A stretch of DNA of 21,753 nt. Origin: a virus. Taxonomy: Duplodnaviria; Heunggongvirae; Uroviricota; Caudoviricetes. Numbering within the stretch: position 1 is the stretch's first letter; every line of letters starts with the position of its first letter. Position numbers and translations under genes: made by a program. Positions 18,962 to 21,753 of the stretch are shown one piece after another. Where the stretch lies: positions 1 to 21,753 of the IMG/VR virus record IMGVR_UViG_2526164691_000017. One strand, 5' to 3'. The notes beneath the pieces are model-generated. The model did no database searches. It was not told the DNA's origin and saw nothing but the letters and a program-made list of their open reading frames with translations.

Positions 18962-19175
18962 TGTTCAACCGCCCCGCCCGCTTCGTCTTACGATATTCGT
19001 CATAAACCTTGGGATCATACAGAAGCTCCCCGCCAGATGCCTCCTGTAGACGCATCGCGCGACCTTCAGGAACCAGTATCCCCCAAGCAGCAACACTTGC
19101 CAGTCTCACTCCTGCGGCATTGGCAAGCTTTGTTTTGCTGCCAAAAAAAGTAATTGCGTCAACTTTAAGCATCAA
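18945..19175 (-). CDS. dicC: Cro-like transcriptional regulator DicC (76 aa)
   Basis: FGSKTKLANAAGVRLASV...VPEGRAMRLQEASGGELLYDPKVYDEYRKTKRAGRLNNENHS matches K-12 DicC as remembered (76 aa); divergent from dicA across an operator-containing intergenic region. Confidence 0.8.
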   Translation of the reverse strand: MMLKVDAITFFGSKTKLANAAGVRLASVAAWGILVPEGRAMRLQEASGGELLYDPKVYDEYRKTKRAGRLNNENHS

Positions 19176-19185
19176 AGCCCCCTCT

Positions 19186-19203
19186 TGTTAGACTTTTCTA
19201 ACA
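19186..19203. promoter_or_regulatory. Putative DicA operator: palindrome TGTTAGA-CTTT-TCTAACA in the dicC-dicA divergent promoter region
   Basis: Perfect 7-bp inverted repeat with 4-bp spacer in the 77-bp intergenic region; the same half-sites recur downstream of dicA. Confidence 0.6.
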
Positions 19204-19252
19204 TTATTGTGCGCGGGATATCTAAGTCAAGAAAAATTAGAATTACCTAACT

Positions 19253-19660
19253 ATGGATACAAGAACCCTAGGCCAGCGAGTTCTGGCGCGACGAAAAGAA
19301 TTACGCTTAACACAACGAGAAGCTGCGCGCCTCGCTGGAGTTGCTCACGTCACAATTTCACAATGGGAAAGAGACGAAACCCAGCCAGTCGGAAAACGAT
19401 TGTTTGCTTTAGCGGATGCTCTGAAGTGCTCACCTACATGGCTAATGTTTGGTGACGAAGACAAGGCACCAGTGCCTGCACAAGAACTTCATGTGGAAAC
19501 AGAGCTAACTCCCAACCACAAAGAATTGATCGAATTATTCGATGCTCTTCCATCTTCCGAGCAGGAAGCCTTGCTGTCTGAAATGCGCGCAAGAGTAGAA
19601 AACTTCAACAAACTCTTCGAAGAAATGCTTAAAGCGCGTAAAAATAAATCAATAAAATAA
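19253..19660 (+). CDS. dicA: HTH-XRE repressor DicA (135 aa)
   Basis: N-terminal HTH (LTQREAARLAGVAHVTISQWERDE); FALADALKCSPTWLMFGDEDK and MRARVENFNKLFEEMLKAR resemble K-12 DicA as remembered; 135 aa. Confidence 0.8.
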   Translation: MDTRTLGQRVLARRKELRLTQREAARLAGVAHVTISQWERDETQPVGKRLFALADALKCSPTWLMFGDEDKAPVPAQELHVETELTPNHKELIELFDALPSSEQEALLSEMRARVENFNKLFEEMLKARKNKSIK

Positions 19661-19692
19661 CATTCTTTTCAAGTGATTAGTTGCGCCCACTC

Positions 19693-19718
19693 TTTTTGTT
19701 AGACCAATCTAACAAAAA
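19693..19718. promoter_or_regulatory. Putative DicA operator: palindrome TTTTTGTTAGA-CCAA-TCTAACAAAAA upstream of ydfA (dicB-operon promoter region)
   Basis: 11-bp perfect inverted repeat with 4-bp spacer sharing the TGTTAGA/TCTAACA core of the 19186 site; sits between the dicA stop and ydfA. Confidence 0.6.
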
Positions 19719-19828
19719 ACACTTGCCTATCATGTTAGGTTATTCTAAATTACTTTCCATCAAGACACCGCACGGTGTTCTCAGCAAACAGTTCCGCTAC
19801 CCCGGCGTTAAGGGGAAATGAGGTCAGC

Positions 19829-19984
19829 ATGGATACTATCGATCTTGGCAACAGCGAATCTCTGGTATGTGGCGTGTTCCCCAACCAGGACGGCACGTTC
19901 ACCGCGATGACGTATACCAAAAGCAAAACGTTTAAAACCGAAAATGGTGCCCGTCGCTGGCTGGAAAGAAACTCAGGTGAGTGA
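19829..19984 (+). CDS. ydfA: YdfA (51 aa)
   Basis: From the internal Met of ORF 19775..19984: MDTIDLGNSESLVCGVFPNQDGTFTAMTYTKSKTFKTENGARRWLERNSGE, matching K-12 YdfA as remembered. Confidence 0.7.
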   Translation: MDTIDLGNSESLVCGVFPNQDGTFTAMTYTKSKTFKTENGARRWLERNSGE

Positions 19985-19985
19985 T

Positions 19986-20561
19986 ATGGATTTCGACACA
20001 ATCATGGAAAAGGCTTACGAAGAATACTTCGAAGGCCTTGCCGAAGGCGAAGAAGCTCTCAGCTTCAGTGAGTTTAAACAGGCACTCAGAATAAGAATGT
20101 GCTCTCACAATGACGCGGAGCACAAATATGAGAAGCAAAATCAGACCGCAGAAAATTTTGTTCTGGAACCCGGAGAAACGCTTTTCAAAATTCCCGTTAC
20201 GTGCCCCATTTGCGGTTTTACATCAGAAGAACTTGACGACTCCTGTAACAATCAGGAAACAACCAAGTATGTCGAAGATGATACCGAGTGCGCACGAAGA
20301 ACGATTATATCCACGAGTCCAAACTCCAGGGCCAATAAATCTCACTTTGAGAGGGTGATTAATCCACTCCCCCAAACCAATAAAAAAGATGCCGGAGGAC
20401 AAAAAACCCAATGGAACAACGGGATATCTGTCAAAAAAAGACGTTCCATTAAAGACAAACAACGCAGCGCCAACAACTGTAAGCGCTTTATACCAGTAAT
20501 CAATTTTCATGTTCTTAAGCGGATTTATTGGTGGTTGCGACATTGCTTAATGAATCCTTAA
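19986..20561 (+). CDS. YdfB/YdfC-region protein as one continuous 191-aa ORF
   Basis: ORF 19944..20561; ATG at 19986 immediately after the ydfA stop; N-terminus MDFDTIMEKAYEEYFEGLAEGEEALSFSEFKQAL matches K-12 YdfB as remembered; contains CPICGF (CxxC) and a basic C-terminal tail. Confidence 0.45.
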   Translation: MDFDTIMEKAYEEYFEGLAEGEEALSFSEFKQALRIRMCSHNDAEHKYEKQNQTAENFVLEPGETLFKIPVTCPICGFTSEELDDSCNNQETTKYVEDDTECARRTIISTSPNSRANKSHFERVINPLPQTNKKDAGGQKTQWNNGISVKKRRSIKDKQRSANNCKRFIPVINFHVLKRIYWWLRHCLMNP

Positions 20562-20820
20562 AACTGTGGTGATTTTAAGGATACCACCTCGCCTGACGTG
20601 GTTAAAAGCAGGCACACAACACGAAAGCGCACGGCGAAGTTCGTCTCACTGTACGGTGTCGTTAAATTTAATTCGACCGTGCGCTTCCGGTTGTGGCAAC
20701 CCGCAAAATGGCGCGGCGGTAAGTATGGCGGGGTTATTCCTTCCCCGTTGAGGACACCGGGTTGTCAGGTTGACCATACGCTTAAGTGACAACCCCGCTG
20801 CAACGCCCTCTGTTATCAAT

Positions 20821-20873
20821 TTTCTGGTGACGTTTGGCGGTATCAGTTTTACTCCGTGACTGCTCTGCCGCCG
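20821..20873 (+). ncRNA. dicF: DicF small RNA (antisense inhibitor of ftsZ translation)
   Basis: TTTCTGGTGACGTTTGGCGGTATCAGTTTTACTCCGTGACTGCTCTGCCGCC followed by GTTTTT matches the 53-nt DicF sequence as remembered; located between ydfBC and dicB as in K-12. Confidence 0.75.
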
Positions 20874-21047
20874 TTTTTAAAGTGAATTTTGTTATGCGGT
20901 GAATGCGGCTAAGCGCACGCGGAACAGTTAAAACCAAAAACAGTGTTATGGGTGGATTCTCTGTATCCGACGTTAATTGTTAACTGGTTAACGTCACCTG
21001 GAGGCACCAGGCACTGCATCACAAAATTTATTGTTGAGGACGCGATA

Positions 21048-21236
21048 ATGAAAACGTTATTACCAAACGTTAATACGTCTGAAGGTTGTTTTGAAATTGG
21101 TGTCACTATCAGTAACCCTGTATTTACTGAAGATGCCATTAACAAGAGAAAACAAGAACGGGAGCTATTAAATAAAATATGCATTGTTTCAATGCTGGCT
21201 CGTTTACGTCTGATGCCAAAAGGATGTGCACAATGA
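21048..21236 (+). CDS. dicB: Cell-division inhibitor DicB (62 aa)
   Basis: From the internal Met of ORF 20943..21236: MKTLLPNVNTSEGCFEIGVTISNPVFTEDAINKRKQERELLNKICIVSMLARLRLMPKGCAQ, matching K-12 DicB as remembered. Confidence 0.85.
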   Translation: MKTLLPNVNTSEGCFEIGVTISNPVFTEDAINKRKQERELLNKICIVSMLARLRLMPKGCAQ

Positions 21237-21424
21237 ATTCAGCATTTGCGCTTGTTCTGACAGTTTTTCTTGTTTCCGGAGTGCCAGTTGATATTGCAGT
21301 CAGTGTTCACAGGACAATGCAGGAGTGTATGACTGCAGCAACCGAACAGAAAATTCCCGGTAACTGTTACCCGGTCGATAAAGTTATTAACCAGGATAAT
21401 ATCGAAATCCCGGCAGGTCTTTAA
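21233..21424 (+). CDS. ydfD: YdfD (63 aa)
   Basis: From the internal Met of ORF 21179..21424: MNSAFALVLTVFLVSGVPVDIAVSVHRTMQECMTAATEQKIPGNCYPVDKVINQDNIEIPAGL; start overlaps the dicB stop (ATGA). Confidence 0.75.
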   Translation: MNSAFALVLTVFLVSGVPVDIAVSVHRTMQECMTAATEQKIPGNCYPVDKVINQDNIEIPAGL

Positions 21425-21517
21425 AACAGTTCCGTAATAAATATCCGGTTTCATTCTTATATGCCAGCAATGGCAGGGATTTGTTCATCCTTAAATCTGT
21501 CATGAGGTTAAAACAAA

Positions 21518-21753
21518 ATGAGTAAAGTCTTTATTTGCGCCGCTATTCCTGACGAACTGGCAACAAGGGAAGAAGGCGCTGTGGCTGTAGCCACAGCCAT
21601 TGAAGCTGGCGACGAACGCCGTGCTCGAGCAAAATTTCACTGGCAATTCCTGGAACATTATCCGGCTGCTCAGGACTGCGCTTATAAATTTATTGTCTGC
21701 GAGGATAAACCTGGCATACCCCGCCTTGCCCTCGATTCATGGGATGCTGAATA
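21518..21753 (+). CDS. ydfE: YdfE-like protein, N-terminal part (runs off the window's right edge)
   Basis: ATG at 21518; MSKVFICAAIPDELATREEGAVAVATAIEAGDERRARAKFHWQFLEHYPAAQDCAYKFIVCEDKPGIPRLALDSWDAE with no stop before the window ends; follows ydfD as in K-12 Qin. Confidence 0.6.
   Translation, partial: MSKVFICAAIPDELATREEGAVAVATAIEAGDERRARAKFHWQFLEHYPAAQDCAYKFIVCEDKPGIPRLALDSWDAE

Noticed and set aside
20566-20789. 61-aa and 63-aa plus-strand ORFs upstream of dicF
   Set aside because: They overlap each other in different frames in the region expected to be the DicF precursor transcript; no RBS or recognisable product.

Overview
This window reads as the central part of a Qin-like (DicB-type) lambdoid prophage of Escherichia/Shigella. 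All gene names below are assigned from remembered K-12 Qin protein sequences, gene lengths and gene order; nothing was searched against a database. Left to right: a lambda-type packaging module on the minus strand (portal, gpW-like, GpA-family large terminase, Nu1-like small terminase, cos-like site); an AT-rich moron island (ydfO, gnsB, ynfN, cspI); the lysis cassette (rzpQ/rzoQ spanins, SAR endolysin rrrQ, ydfR, pinholin essQ) with cold-shock genes cspB and a decayed cspF; late regulator quuQ with ydfU; the hokD type I toxin; a complete IS2 with its CATTT target duplication; a 595-aa plus-strand cargo gene with a C-terminal HEPN-like R-x4-H motif; a leftward early operon (dicC, YdaT-like gene, replication gene, 133-aa gene); and the rightward immunity operon dicA-ydfA-ydfBC-dicF-dicB-ydfD-ydfE. 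The strongest candidate for an undescribed system is the 595-aa gene at 15046..16833, which sits where K-12 carries relBE-flxA-intK and has IS2 ending 47 bp upstream of its start codon. Two packaging genes (Nu1, portal) and cspF appear frame-disrupted, which is either prophage decay or sequencing error. No CRISPR array, rRNA or tRNA was seen. Coordinates derived from the ORF track are reliable; those read from the sequence by eye (operators, hairpins, cos) may be off by a base or two.
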